Below, one piece after another: positions 48,741 to 62,043 of a stretch of 64,000 nucleotides of DNA. The stretch lies in the NCBI RefSeq assembly GCF_009914755.1, contig NC_060947.1, one strand, 5' to 3'. This DNA is from the human T2T-CHM13v2.0 reference genome, Homo sapiens. Below the pieces are notes generated by a model that saw nothing but the letters and a program-made list of their open reading frames with translations, searched no databases and had not been told where the DNA came from. A program made the translations under genes and the position numbers. How positions within the stretch are numbered: the stretch's first letter is position 1; every line of letters begins with the position of its first letter.

Positions 48741-50368
48741 GTATCTTTTTCTTCCACATTATTGTGCTGACCCTGGTTTTACTGCATTATTCTTCAGTAG
48801 CCAGCTTTAATTTAATAAAGTAAACCTTAAAAATGACTTCTCTTTTAAAGTCTGAAAAAATATTTTTGTGCTTTTTCTTCTACCATATAATCAAGATGAT
48901 ATTTATTTTCACTAAAATTTAGGCATATAACCAATTTCAGAATGTAAGCAGGTGAAACATTGGTTTAATATTAATCATAAATGAAAGTAAAAGCACAGCT
49001 GGGATTGTATATAATAATTTATCATGCTCTGTATTATTTTCATCTTTTTCTCATCTCAGTAGTAATTTTATTTCCTATTAAATATCCATAGAGATAATTT
49101 GTTTCTTCTTAAAGTAGAGCACCATCTCTCAGATAACTTTAACATTTCTGAGACAATTCTGACCTTTTAATGAACTTTATGATAGTTCAGCAGTGTTATA
49201 AATAATGAACCTGAAACTCTAAAAAGTTACCAAAACTTCTTTCAAATTGTGGTATATAATTTATTCAAGTAAAGAAAGGTAACTCTAATCAATTTTTATA
49301 TTTTATTAAAAGTTTCTACGTCCTATTAGTAGGATTTATATTCTCTCTTTCCTAAGTATCTTTTGTCCTAACTTCCTCCATAGGTATGCACCTTTATTGC
49401 TTGCCAGTAACTTGAGGAAATAAGAACATTTCTTCCAGACTTTGAGTCAATGAAAATTGACTCCCATATGGAAATAGGAATTGAATTCTACTGTCTCATG
49501 TATGAACTCGGTATTTGGCCTAGATCTTTTCCCTTTCTCTGAAATGAGGAAGATGTTATGGTACCTCACTTCACATGTGCCTGACCAGCTGTTGTAACAT
49601 GTATCTTCATGAACCCTATGTACTGGTTTCACTCTATGGATTGCCTGTACAGTGGGAATAATTGAATTGACAAATAGGGTTATGATTAGGTTATGATAGA
49701 AACTCTCTAGCCCAGCCTGACACAAGTAGATCACAAAACATCTTTATTCTAACACTGATGGTAGGAAAGCATCTCCCAGGGATGTCGGTAGAGTTCCCAG
49801 GGGTAACTTTCATCTCAATAGGTCTCCAACTCTAAGCAGAAGACATGTTTTGCCATGGAATACAGAGAGTGAAAACTCATGAATGAATGAGAAAAATTCA
49901 TTCTCAAGAGACCTGCCTTAGCTAGCTAACACACGTCATTAGCAATATGATCTTGACGGAATTATTAAACATCTCCAAGCTTCAATTTCCATGGATGTGG
50001 GTGGTGATAACAGGATTGTTGAGAAATTTTAATAAGATAATTAATGTAAAGTACTTAACACAGTGCCCAGTTCATTGTAAGGGATTTTCATCAAGTTTTG
50101 TCAAAATAATTTCTCTCCTATGACTCACTTGGGTGTTGTAACAGGTCCGTTAAAGCTTTCTTTTACTATATCTGAAATTTTTGTCCTATATTCTTCAGAT
50201 CAGTGGTTTTATTATTGATGCTTTGGGTTTGTGTCCCTGCCCAAATCATGTTATTGTAGGTTAAGGTAATATTTGCCTTTATAATGCTACTACATTATTG
50301 TTCATTCATTCAATAAATATTTATTGAGCACCTATCATCTGTTAAAATCTTTAGACAAATTAAAGTTA

Positions 50369-50567
50369 AAGACTATACTTTCAGGGATCATTTCTATAGT
50401 TTATTACTGGAGAAGTTTCTTTGAATGTATAGAGCACTAAAAACCATATTATCTCCCAAGTGTAAAGCTGCCTCTTGGTGTTGGTTTACTTCAGTTGCCA
50501 TTTGCCATTAATGATTGTTCTTCTTTTCTTTGGGGAGAATAAGAGACAGAGGACACAGTCTGGGTGG
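50369..50567 (+). pseudogene. U3 snoRNA (SNORD3) retropseudogene
   Basis: Begins AAGACTATACTTTCAGGGATCATTTCTATAGT (U3 5' end, boxes A'/A) and ends ...cagtctgggtgg. Box C' deleted; boxes B, C and D mutated. Confidence 0.92.
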
Positions 50568-52359
50568 GGAAAAATATTAAATTTAGCAGAGTCTAATTGA
50601 GCAAAGAACTATTCATGAATTGAGCAACCCTCAAAACCAGAACAAAGGGAGGGGAGAGAAGAAGATGACAGGGTTGGCAATCACTCCTCTGCTTTCTCTG
50701 TTTAACCACCATGACTATGACAGCTCTTCTTCACACAGGCCAAAATCAATCTGATCTCCAGAGAATGGTTTAGGTGAGTTAAGTGAAGTGTGGACCTAAT
50801 TACATACTATACTGGAAAATACTTTATAAATTAAGTGCTATATATATACTATCGTTACTATAATAACATTTCCACCTAATTCCTCTCAGTAAAACTTCAT
50901 TCTCTTCCATGTCACCCAGCTCTCTGACACAATACCTCTGATCATACCCTTCTACCATATCACATCTTCTCACTTCCCCATTGTAAATAAGCTTTCATGA
51001 AGATACAATCCAATTGATTCGGTTAATTTTGCCAATTTCAGTTTTTAGATGCCATTTGTCCTTTCAGTCTTTCCGGAAGACTGAGGGTGGTGAAGACAAT
51101 GATAATGCCATTGTATTCATGACACCTTATTCAATTGCTTTATAATTTGTCCAGTAAAATAGTACTTCTATTGCTGGAGATTTCTCCAGGAGTGCTCCAT
51201 AAAGGAAATACATGTTTTAATAACCTTTTTAGCTACTGTTATAGTATTGGCCTTCCTACATGGAAAGCTCCTATCCAATCGGAGAATATAGACTATTATG
51301 AGAACATACTCATATCCCATTTAAGATGGCAAATGAATGAAATTCCTCTGTAAATGTTCAAATGGACCATCAGAAAGTACAAATGTACCACCTGAAGTTT
51401 TTATTGTCTTCCAAGGATTATGGGTTTGACAAAGCAAACATTGGTTATAAACCATTTTGGCAATTTAAAAATAGTCCCCACACTAATATTTTTTCATAAT
51501 TGGCATAATTTTTTATACTCCATGATGAGTTATGAAGTACAGAACTTTTAATAATGGAGGCTTTAAGGACTTGAGAAAGACCAGGTGGCCATCTGTGCCC
51601 TCTATGAGTCCATGCTTAATATTGAATTTATATTCTTTTAAATATCAGATTTGTTTCTCCAATTCAGGTGTAGCACTGTTTATTAAATAGGGTAAAATAG
51701 GTAATCTGACCTCAATCAGTCTTAAGGAGTTATTTTAAATTGCATATCTTAACAATTTCAGTACTGGCTGACTTGTTATGAAAATCTGCCAAAGCATTTC
51801 CTTAGTATTTAATAATTCTTGTTCTGCGTTTGGGTTAGCAGTTTTATAAAACTAGTTTCTTCATTAGAGATCTGGAAAGTCTCACCTAGTCTAATGGTGT
51901 ATTAAAGTTATCAGAAATCTCTACTTGTCAGAGTCCTTTCCATGAATCTCCTTGAAGACCAAACACTTTAGGCTTATAGTTGCTCAGGAAAGTACCAGAG
52001 TAAACAACCATCTGTGAATAATAATGCTTAAAATGGCCATGGTTAAAGGCCTGTTGAGAGTTCACTACAACGTTGATGCAATTGACAAGGAAATTCAGTT
52101 ATTTTTGCTGCATACAACATTTTAAGATAACTAGAATTATGAGTTATCATTATACCAGGACTACTAGATTTCTATGTATTTTATACAATTTCTGAAACAT
52201 GTATTAATAACACATCCATGCAAATATAACTCAAAGGGTTAGCTTTACTTATTATTTGACAACACTTTCCATATAATTTAATATATTGAATAAGCCCAGT
52301 TAGTTTATATTTCTCTTTTCACAAAGAGAGGTATCCTTTTGAGATGTTCCAAGGGCCTA

Positions 52360-52833
<474 letters not shown>

Positions 52834-52909
52834 TTAAAAGACTTTAAAAGGCAAATATAGAAACATAGTTGTAGAAAAATCCTTGGCTGTTTTAGAGGAC
52901 TCAGTTTTC

Positions 52910-53222
<313 letters not shown>

Positions 53223-53360
53223 TCAGTTTTCTTAAGTAAGCAAAAACCTAATATAGAACGTGAAGCACAAGGAATCATCTTGATAAAGCACAGAATCTTT
53301 GTTTCCTAGGCCAGTTACCTACCAAAAAGGTAAAGAAAGAACTCTCAAAATTTCCTATTA

Positions 53361-53675
<315 letters not shown>

Positions 53676-54451
53676 TCAAGATTCCAAGAAAGCCTTATTG
53701 TTTCAACACAAGGTAAAAAATTGTAGTTTTGCATCAGTGTACATTTGGTAGTAAGGCTCAATTTTTAGAAAAACTTGTGAATAATTTCCTTCTCATCTTA
53801 GCTTGATCACACATAAAATTACTTTCATAAGATTTATCTTCCACAAACCTTCTATAATCTTTTTATGTCTCTTATTTTTCATATAGTTTTTGGTTTCTCA
53901 TTTTGGAACAATCAATCATTCTACTTTAGGATAAAAATTACCCTCTTTTTTTCTTCTTCCGTACCTCATAGCTTCACTTACTAAAAACATGTCTTACTTT
54001 ACTCACGTACAACGGTTGTTTTCCTTTTATTTCTATTTTAAATTACCATATATTGATTAGGATTTTCAACTCTTAGTAACCTTAATTTCTAGTGAAAACC
54101 CAGGAAGTAAAACAACTTAAAACCCTCTGTTATATACAAACATTTTATGAATATGCATTTCATAATTTCTAGAACACGTGCTTCTTCATAGAGTAGTTTT
54201 TTCATGTTTACTAATAGACCCAAATAGCATACCTATACTGTTTGAAAACAAGATGCCAAAATATGTGTACTTTAAACTTACATTTTGTAATTAATATTTT
54301 GGTATTTTTAACTTTCTTAGAAATGACCTAGACATTTCATGAATATGTATTAGAGTAATTCCTCATTTACTGCAGTTTCAGTTATCTGCGATCAATTGCA
54401 GTTCAGAAATAGGTGAGTACAATATAATGAGATATTTTGAGAGAGGGAGAG

Positions 54452-54839
54452 TGAAAGGTTCTTGTATTGGTTCGAACCCCAGGAGCACACCAACAGACAG
54501 AACGAGGTAGTGTGGAGCAACACGCTGTTTTAATGAGCGCCTGGGTGCAGACGGGCTGAGACCTAAAATGGCGTCAGCACCAAATGAGGACAGGGCAGGG
54601 ATTTTATAGTCTCCTCTAAACAGAAAGTGTCTCAGTCTGATGTAACTGCTACGCGGTACCCTGACGGCCTCTCTCTCAGTCTTCAGGAGGTACGTGTCTT
54701 CCAGCCATCTCTCTTCCTGCTTCTGCTATCTTGCTGAGGCACGCTGCTGGTGCAAGTGGTCTTGGATCTTGGGACTGGGCCTGAGAAGGGAGGAGTTATT
54801 CATTCCGTTAAGCTTTCAGGCCCTGGGGAGAATCTTTCA
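54452..54839 (-). promoter_or_regulatory. 3' LTR (MER48-like), preceded by polypurine tract AGATGGGAA
   Basis: Direct repeat of the 5' LTR, with about 30 differences by manual count. Confidence 0.9.
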
Positions 54840-54958
54840 TTCCCATCTATTTGGTTATAGAAAAAGGGAAAAGCGATGACTTTCTCAATAACTACTTCAA
54901 GCGTGACATGGGGGGTGTTGTGGGCACCTTGGAAACAAAGAAAAACTTAATTTTTGGG

Positions 54959-55660
54959 TTATTCTTGACAGACGGGTTGGTGTCCATCGTGTCGTTGCAG
55001 CAGGAACATCATCTGGATTGTCTGGTGGTTAACTGTAGTTTCAGCAAGACTTTTAATAGCTTTTATTATTAGTGGGATAATACAGGGGAGAAACTGGAGG
55101 AACCCGATGATGAAGATTACTGTCCCTACCAGTGTTTTAAATCCTCCTAAATTAGAGAACCACCCTCCAGAAGGTTTGTTGGGTCCCACCCATCCCTTCC
55201 AGGTTTGGACTGGTACATGGGCTACTTTTCTGATGTTTGAAGCAATTTCTAGAACTGCTTTTTTGTTATCGTCTATGTTAAGACAGCAATTAGAGATATT
55301 AAACTTACCACAGACCCCACTCTCTTCTGCTAATAACTAGTCTAGTGGTAGCCTGTTTTGATAAATTGCCGCATGCATTTGGTTTTGTTGTTGCGGGAGC
55401 ATTTCCAGGGCTGGGGAGGTTTGGTTAGTGATTATCTCTAGAACTGTCTGTGGCCTAATTATTCTGTTTAGCATATATATGGGAGTGCGATAACCCCAGG
55501 AACCATCCTCAGCCCAAGTGGCAGGACCGTGATATTCGATGATCCGTTGCGGAGGCCATTTGTCCTTTTGCCATCTTTGGCTTCCTTCTACCTTTAAGGA
55601 TTGTTTTTCTTTGTTTAGGTTATTATATACAGGGACTCCGAGGGTGTTGCCCACTGTTAA
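54959..55660 (-). pseudogene. env: env remnant (ERV3/HERV-R-like TM; most of SU deleted)
   Basis: [63 protein letters not shown], transmembrane anchor. Confidence 0.88.
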
Positions 55661-55689
55661 TGTTTTGGAGGAAGGAGTATCCTTGCGGG

Positions 55690-58590
55690 GTGAGCTTGAC
55701 CCTGGTGCGACGGATCCAGTAGGGGAGTCCTTGGATTCTCACTGCAGTTGGCATGCTGAGTATCACAGTGTAGGGCCTGACCACTTCGGTTGTAGCTTTT
55801 TGAGAGGGTTGGGTTGGCAGATAAACACATCTGTGCCTGCAAGACAGTTATGTTGAGAGGACAAGGAGGTGTCGACAGGCAGAGGCATGGCCTCATTTGT
55901 TGCTTCACGAATAAAAGACAGTGTCTGGATTAAGGAAGGGAGGTAATTCCCGAGTGGCTCAGAGTCTGGTAAGGGTGGAGGCCCTAAAAGAAAAGTTCGG
56001 CCATACATGATTTCAAAGGGACTATAAAAAGAGGGTGCTTTTGGTGTTGCGCAGAGTCTCATGAGGGCAAAAGAGAGATTTTTTTTGTCCACGACTGCCG
56101 GGTTTCTAGAGTTGGGCTTGGTGAGTTGGGCTTTAAGGACAGAGTTGACCTTTTCAACTTTGCCTGAAGATTGGGGCCTGTAGGGTGTGTGGAGAATCCA
56201 TTTTATTCCCAAGGATGTAGAGACGCCTTGGGTAATTTGGCTGATAGAGTCAGGCTGTTATCAGATTGGATGAGTGTTGGGAGTCCAAAACGGGGAATTC
56301 TATGCATGATGAGAGTTTGTGTGACGACATTTGCACCTTCTGAAGTTGTTGGGAATGCTTCTACCCACCCGGAGAAAGTACAGACAAAGACTAGAAGATA
56401 GCAGAGCCATTTACCGGGCAGCATGTGAGTGAAGTCTACTTGCCAATCTTGCCCGGGTGCCTGGCCCCGGGCTTGGTGGGTAGGAAAAGGCAGTGGCGGA
56501 GGGACCCCTGGGGTGACACTCAGTGGCAGATAAAGCAGGTCTGGGTGATTTCTCAAACACGGCTAGAAAGGTGAGGACAAGTGAGAATAGGGTGGAGAAG
56601 TTGGAAGAGAGGTTTGTACCCGACATGGAAAGAGTTGTGGAGACTTTAGAGGATAGGAATTGTTTAAGAGTGAGGAAGAACGAAGCACCCTCCCTTGACA
56701 TACCATGGTCCTTGTTTTTGAAGGTTTTGGGCTTGGTAGTCCTCTTTTTCTTCTGAGGAGTAAAGAGGAGAGAAGAAGGACAGGGACAGAGCATGGCCGA
56801 GTTTAGATGGGAGCTGGTTAGCATGGTGATGTGGGGAGTTTCTATGAATAGAGCATACACTTGGAGGAGGCATGGGGCAGGGATGAGACTTAGTACACTG
56901 CGGTGAGCTAGCATATCTTTGATGTTATGGGTTGAATAAACTGTTAGGTTGGCATGGAGAGATGGTTTTATGCTTTTAAGAGTGAGGACTGCAGCTGCCG
57001 CTGATGCTTGGAGGCAGGCAGGTCATCCGAGAACTGTGGCTTCAAGCTGTTTAGAGAGGTAGGCAACAATCTGGAGGGTGGGTCCCTTAGACTGCGTTAG
57101 AACACCTAGTGCAACTCCATGCCATTCGCTGGTATAGAGGGAGAAAGGTTTGGTGAGGTCTGGGAAAGTGAGGACGGGGGCTGAGAGCCTTACGGAGTAG
57201 ACGGAAAGGTTGGGTAATAGTCTGCGCAGGGTTTAAAGGCTCATGGAGAGGGCCTTTAGCAGGGTTTAAAGGCTCATGGAGAGGGCCTTTAGCAGCTTGA
57301 TATAAGTTTGGCAAGTAGAGTGAAGGAGGGAACCCAGAGCCTAAAATATCCCGCTAGTCCTAGAAAAGAGATAATTTCTTGCTTAGTTTGCAGAGGCAGG
57401 AGGGACTAGAGGAGGGATATGCGGTCGGTTGTGAGCCGTTGGGTTTGCGGGGTAAGAGCTAGGCCTAGATAGGTGACTGAGGGGGTGCATATTTGTGCTT
57501 TCTTAGGGGAGACCTGATACCCCTGTTCTGCCAAGAAGTTGAAAAGAGGGATAGTATGGGTGTTGCAGTCTCTTTGAGAGGGGCTACACAGGAGCAGATC
57601 ATTAACATATTGAAGGAGAGTGGACGGTTTTAGGGATAAGATACAGAGGTCATGAGCAAGGGCCTGCCCAAAATGGTGGGGGCTGTTTCTGAAACCTTGA
57701 GGTAGTATGCATGTGAGCTGGTGTGAAAGGTGTCAGGGTCTTCCCACATAAAGGCAAAGAGGTCTTGAGAATCAGGGTGTAAAGGAATTGTGAAAAAAGC
57801 ATCCTTTAGGTTTAGAACAGAAAAATGGGTGGTATTGGAGGGAATTGCGGAAAGTGAAGTATATGGGTTAGGAACTACTGGACATACTGGGAGTACAGCT
57901 TGGTTAATGAGCCTGAGGTCCTTGACTAAGTGATAAGTTCCATCTGGCTTTTTGACAGGTAGAATTGGTGTGTTAAAAGGGGAGTCTGTTGGGCGGAGTA
58001 GGTGACTGGCAAGGAGGCGAGAAATGATAGGCTTTAGGCCTATGAGAGCTGCTTGGGGGATGGGATACTGCTTCTGTGATAGGAACTGGGTGGGCTCTTT
58101 AAGGGTAATGCGGACAGGAGTGTGGTGTTTTGCGACTGAGGAAAAAGGTGTGGAAGTATCCCAAATAGCGGGGTTAACTACGGATGGGGAATAAGGAAAG
58201 GTTGCATGTTTTAAAGTGGGAGGTTGGAGGAGTAGAAGAAAGTTAGAAGCACCAGAGAGGGGTTTGGGTTGATGCATTGGGTACTATGGGGAACGTGGAA
58301 GTGGAGAGTAGTGTGGAGTTTTGAAAGGATGTCTCTGCCTAGGAGTGGAGTTGGGCATGAGGGCAGGACTAAGAAAGAGCGAGTGAAGGAAAAGGTGTGC
58401 GGGGAGCAGAAAAGTGGAGAGGTGGCTCAGGGTTTGGAGACTTGTCCATTAATTCCCACAACAGAGACTTGGGAGGACTAGGTGGGTCCTGAAAAATTAG
58501 GTAAAGCAGAGTAGGTTGCCCCAGTATTAATTTTAAAAAAGCATACTGGCTTACCTGCCACCATCAGAGTTACCCTTGGCTCGTATGAAG
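55690..58590 (-). pseudogene. pol: pro-pol (disrupted; RNase H apparently deleted)
   Basis: Protease NTGAT (from DTG), RT motifs QYPIP, NTPILPVKK, DAFF, LPQGF, YVND; integrase WQVDFTHM and PYRPQSSGKVEK. Confidence 0.88.
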
Positions 58591-58629
58591 AGATGGTAGT
58601 TGCTGGGGCATCTGTTCCAGGGCACTGTC

Positions 58630-60437
58630 AGTCTTCAGTGGCAAGGCTGATGAGATCTCAGTAGGAGGTTTTGGTCGGCTCAGGAAGGGATGGGGGCAGT
58701 CCTTGTGGGGGCCACTCACAGTCCGACTTCCAGTGGGGTCCTCCGCAGAGGGGGCATGGCCTGGTGGGCTTACCTGGGTTTGGTCATTGTCTGGACCAGT
58801 CGCCTTCATTGCCACACTTGAAACAGGTGCCAGGTGGAGGTGGATTGCTAGGAGGATTCTGTGTGGAGCTGCGGCCCTTGGGCCTGCAGGGCCCCTTATG
58901 GTGGAGGCAAGCATTTGAAACTGCCTGTTTTTGCCTTTCACTTTCCTCATCACGATTGTTAGACTTTGAAGGCAAAATTAAGAAGGTCTTGTTGTAGGAT
59001 TTGAGGGCCACCGTCAAGCTTCTGAAGCTTGCGCCAGATATCGGGGGTGGATTGGGAGATGAACTGAAGGTCCCTTCTGGGCTGGCTGGGTCTAGGTTGG
59101 TATACTTTCTCATGGCTTCAGTTAAACGAGAGAGAAAAAGGTCTGGGTTTTCGTCAGGACCCTGGGTGATTTATGAAAGTTTTTCATAGTTGACTGCTTT
59201 ATGGACACCCTTTTTGAGTCCTGCAAGGAGACACACAATCATGTGGTCTCGATGGCAGCATCCAGGGGCTTCATCTTGATAATCCCAGTGGGGGTCCTGG
59301 TTGGGGACTACCTCTGCGCCAGTAGGCTGGGCAGGAGCTTGGTGATGAATTGTATTAGCATACGCCTGAGCTAGGGTCCAGATATGGTCCCGGTCTTCTG
59401 GGGTGAGGGTGGAAGAGAGGATAATACAGAGGTCATGCCAAGTTCATAATACTGGGTGAGGTACTGAAACTCTAATATAAGAGGTAGGGTCTTCTGGAAA
59501 TGAACCAAGTCTTTTGTTAATTTGAGAGAGATCAGTGAGGGAGAAGGGAACATGAACTCTAACAATACCTTCAGTTCCTGCTGCTTCCCAAAGGGGACAC
59601 TCTAGCACAGGTGCTGAAGTAAGGGTGGGGCATGGACCAAAGATGGTACCTGAGTGAGTACAGGTGGGAGAGAAGGAAGAAGCCGGAAGTGGTTCTTGCC
59701 GAGGGTTTGAAGGGGGAAGGGGGCGTTGAGCTGATAGGCAGTGGAGGATAGATAGGGGCATAAGGTGGCAGGATGGGTTTACAGTCCTCAGGAGAGGGCG
59801 GTGGGGGAGGAGAATGGGTACAGACAATACTAGAATTGTCCTGAGGAGGGGAAGGTGTAGGAAAAGAAGTGGATACTGCTGATTGGGAAGATGGTGGCTG
59901 GGAAGATGGCAGCTGAGAGGATGGTGGCTGGGAAGATGGCAGCTGAGAGGATGGCAACTGGGAAGATGGCGACTGAGAAGATAAAGAGGAGGCTTGGGGG
60001 ACTAAAGGTGGTTGAGAGAGAGAGGAGGGGTGGACAGCAGTCTGCTGGATCCAACAAGGAAAAAGAGGTTGGGCTGGGAGGAGAAAGGCGATCAGGGCGG
60101 CGAGAATGGAGGAGAAGGATTTGAACAGGTGAGCAAGAATTGCCGAGGTTGGGTTGTGATCTGAGTGCAAAAAAGCCTGGACATAAGGAATTTCTCCCCA
60201 TTTTTCCAGCCGTCAGCAATAATTGCTTAAGTCAGTTAAAACTGTAAAGTCGAATGTTCATTTGCGGGCCATTTGGACCCATTATCTAATTCATACTGTG
60301 GCCAGACTGAATTGCAAAAAAGACAAGGTGTTTAGGGCGGATATTTTGTCTGAGGCCTAAGGTTTGCAAGTTTTTTTTTTTTTTATGAGGCAGCCTAGAG
60401 GGCTGTCCTTTGGAATGGAAGACTGGGAATTTCCCAT
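58630..60437 (-). pseudogene. gag: gag (disrupted)
   Basis: ATG-Gly start (MGNSQSSIPKDSPLGCL), LPPYAPIYPP late-domain region, capsid VHVPFSLTDL, two zinc knuckles CFKCGNEGDW.. (broken) and CPLCGGPHWKSDC. Confidence 0.85.
59884..59982. repeat. 15-bp tandem repeat (~6.6 units) in gag
   Basis: TG(G/A)GA(A/G)GATGGYRRC units encoding (PSSQL/P)n on minus. Confidence 0.9.
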
Positions 60438-60840
60438 AACGGAGGGTAGGCTCAGGAGAAAAGGGAAAGGGAGACCATCTTGCATGGCCGTAGGGAGACG
60501 ATAAAAGGAGCAATTGTCACCGCTGCCTTTTTCGTTCCTGGAATGGGATCAAATGGCTTAGAAGTGTCCCCCTAAGACCAGATGATCAGCGAGTGCCTGG
60601 CACACACCGGAACCTTCTTGGACCAAGGTTGGATTTTCGGACCGGAGAAACCAAGAGAGGCCGTGCAGATTTTTCCCTGTTAACCAGGCTCCCAGGAAAC
60701 TTTACCAGTAGGTGAGATCAGTGACTGATGTGCATGCACAGAGAGGCGACTAGAGGCTGAGGAGTTTCCTTTGTCCGGCTGCTGTGGCCTGCTCTCCAGG
60801 GTGGAGGCGTAGGTCCACAGGGGACATACACCGGAGCCCC

Positions 60841-60858
60841 TCCCGGTTTTCGGCACCA
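60841..60858 (-). other. Primer binding site, tRNA-Phe
   Basis: TGGTGCCGAAAACCGGGA versus the tRNA-Phe complement TGGTGCCGAAACCCGGGA (1 mismatch), 2 nt after the 5' LTR. Confidence 0.9.
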
Positions 60859-60860
60859 GA

Positions 60861-61247
60861 TGAAAGGTTCTTGTATCTGTTCTAATCCCGAGAGCGTGCC
60901 AACAGACAACACGAGGTAGTGTGGAGCAATACGCTGTTTTAATGAGCGCCTGGGTGCAGACGGGCTGAGGCCTAAAATGGCGTCAGCACCAAATGAGGCC
61001 AGGGCAGGGGTTTTATAGTCTCCTGTAAACAGAAAGTGTCTCAGTCTTATGTAACTGCTACGCAGTACCCTGACGGCCTCTCTCTCGGTCTTCAGGCGGT
61101 ACGTGTCTTCTGGCCAGCTCTCTTCCTGCTTCTGCTATCTTGCTGAGGCATGCTGTTGGTGGAAGTGGTCTTGCGTCTTGGGACTGGGCCTGAGAAGGGA
61201 GGAGTTATTCATTCCCTTAAGTTTCAGGCCCTGGGGAGAATCTTTCA
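60861..61247 (-). promoter_or_regulatory. 5' LTR (MER48-like) with TATA (CTATAAAA) and ATTAAA polyA signal
   Basis: Direct repeat of 54452-54839; ttttatag and ttttaat on the plus strand. Confidence 0.9.
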
Positions 61248-61432
61248 GAGAGAGAGAAAGACCACATCTATATTACTTTTATTGTAATATCTCGTTATAA
61301 TTTTGGTATTTTATTAGTTGTTGTTAATCTCTTACTGTGCCTAATTTATAAGCTAAATCTTATCATAGGTATGTATGTATAGATAACAACATAGTATATA
61401 TAGAGTTTGGTACTACCTTTGGTTTCAGGCAT

Positions 61433-62043
61433 TGATGAAAAGAGTTGAACTCTGTAAAACATTTGAAGAGATTTATTCTGAGCCAAATATGAATGACCAA
61501 TGGCCTGTGACACAGCCCCAGTAAATCCTGAGAACGTGTGCTACAGCTTGGTTTTACACATGTTAGGGAGACAAGACATCAATCAGTTCATGTAATATGT
61601 ACATTGATTTGGTCTGGAAAGGCAAGGCAACTGGAAGCTGGGGTTTCCAGGTCATAGGCAGATTCAAAGATTTTCTGATTGGTAATTGGTTGAAACAGTT
61701 ATTATCTAAAGACCTGGAATCAATAGAAAGAATGTCTGGGTTAAGATAAGAGGTTGTGGAGACCAAGATTTTATCATGCAGACAAAGCCTCCAGGTAGCA
61801 GAGGTAACAGGCTTCAGAGAGAATAGATTGTAAATATTTCTTATCAGACCTAAAGGGTCTGTTCTATCAGTTTTAAGGTCTCTGTTTTGATGTTAATGTT
61901 AGTCAGCTGTGCCTGAATTTCAAAAGGGGGGAGGGTATAATGAGAAATGTCCCATTATCACTTGAACTAGTTTTCAGGTTAACTTCGGAATGCCCTTGCC
62001 CAGAGGTGAGGAGTGGGGGGAGTGGGTGGGAGGGTCCATCAGT
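61433..62043 (-). mobile_element. MER4-family solo LTR
   Basis: tgatgaaaagagttgaactctgtaaaacatttgaagagatttattctgagccaaatatg...; flanked by GCAT at 61429-61432 and 62044-62047. Confidence 0.85.

Larger units (their letters stand above)
54452..61247 (-). mobile_element. HERV-F-type gammaretrovirus-like provirus (most like HERVH48/HERV-Fb, MER48 LTRs), defective
   Basis: Two ~388-bp LTRs with TG...CA ends, 5-bp TSD GAGAG (54447-54451, 61248-61252), tRNA-Phe PBS, and gag/pro/pol/env remnants. Confidence 0.9.

Noticed and set aside
59884-59982. CRISPR-like array
   Set aside because: Head-to-tail tandem units without spacers, no cas genes, eukaryotic retroviral context.
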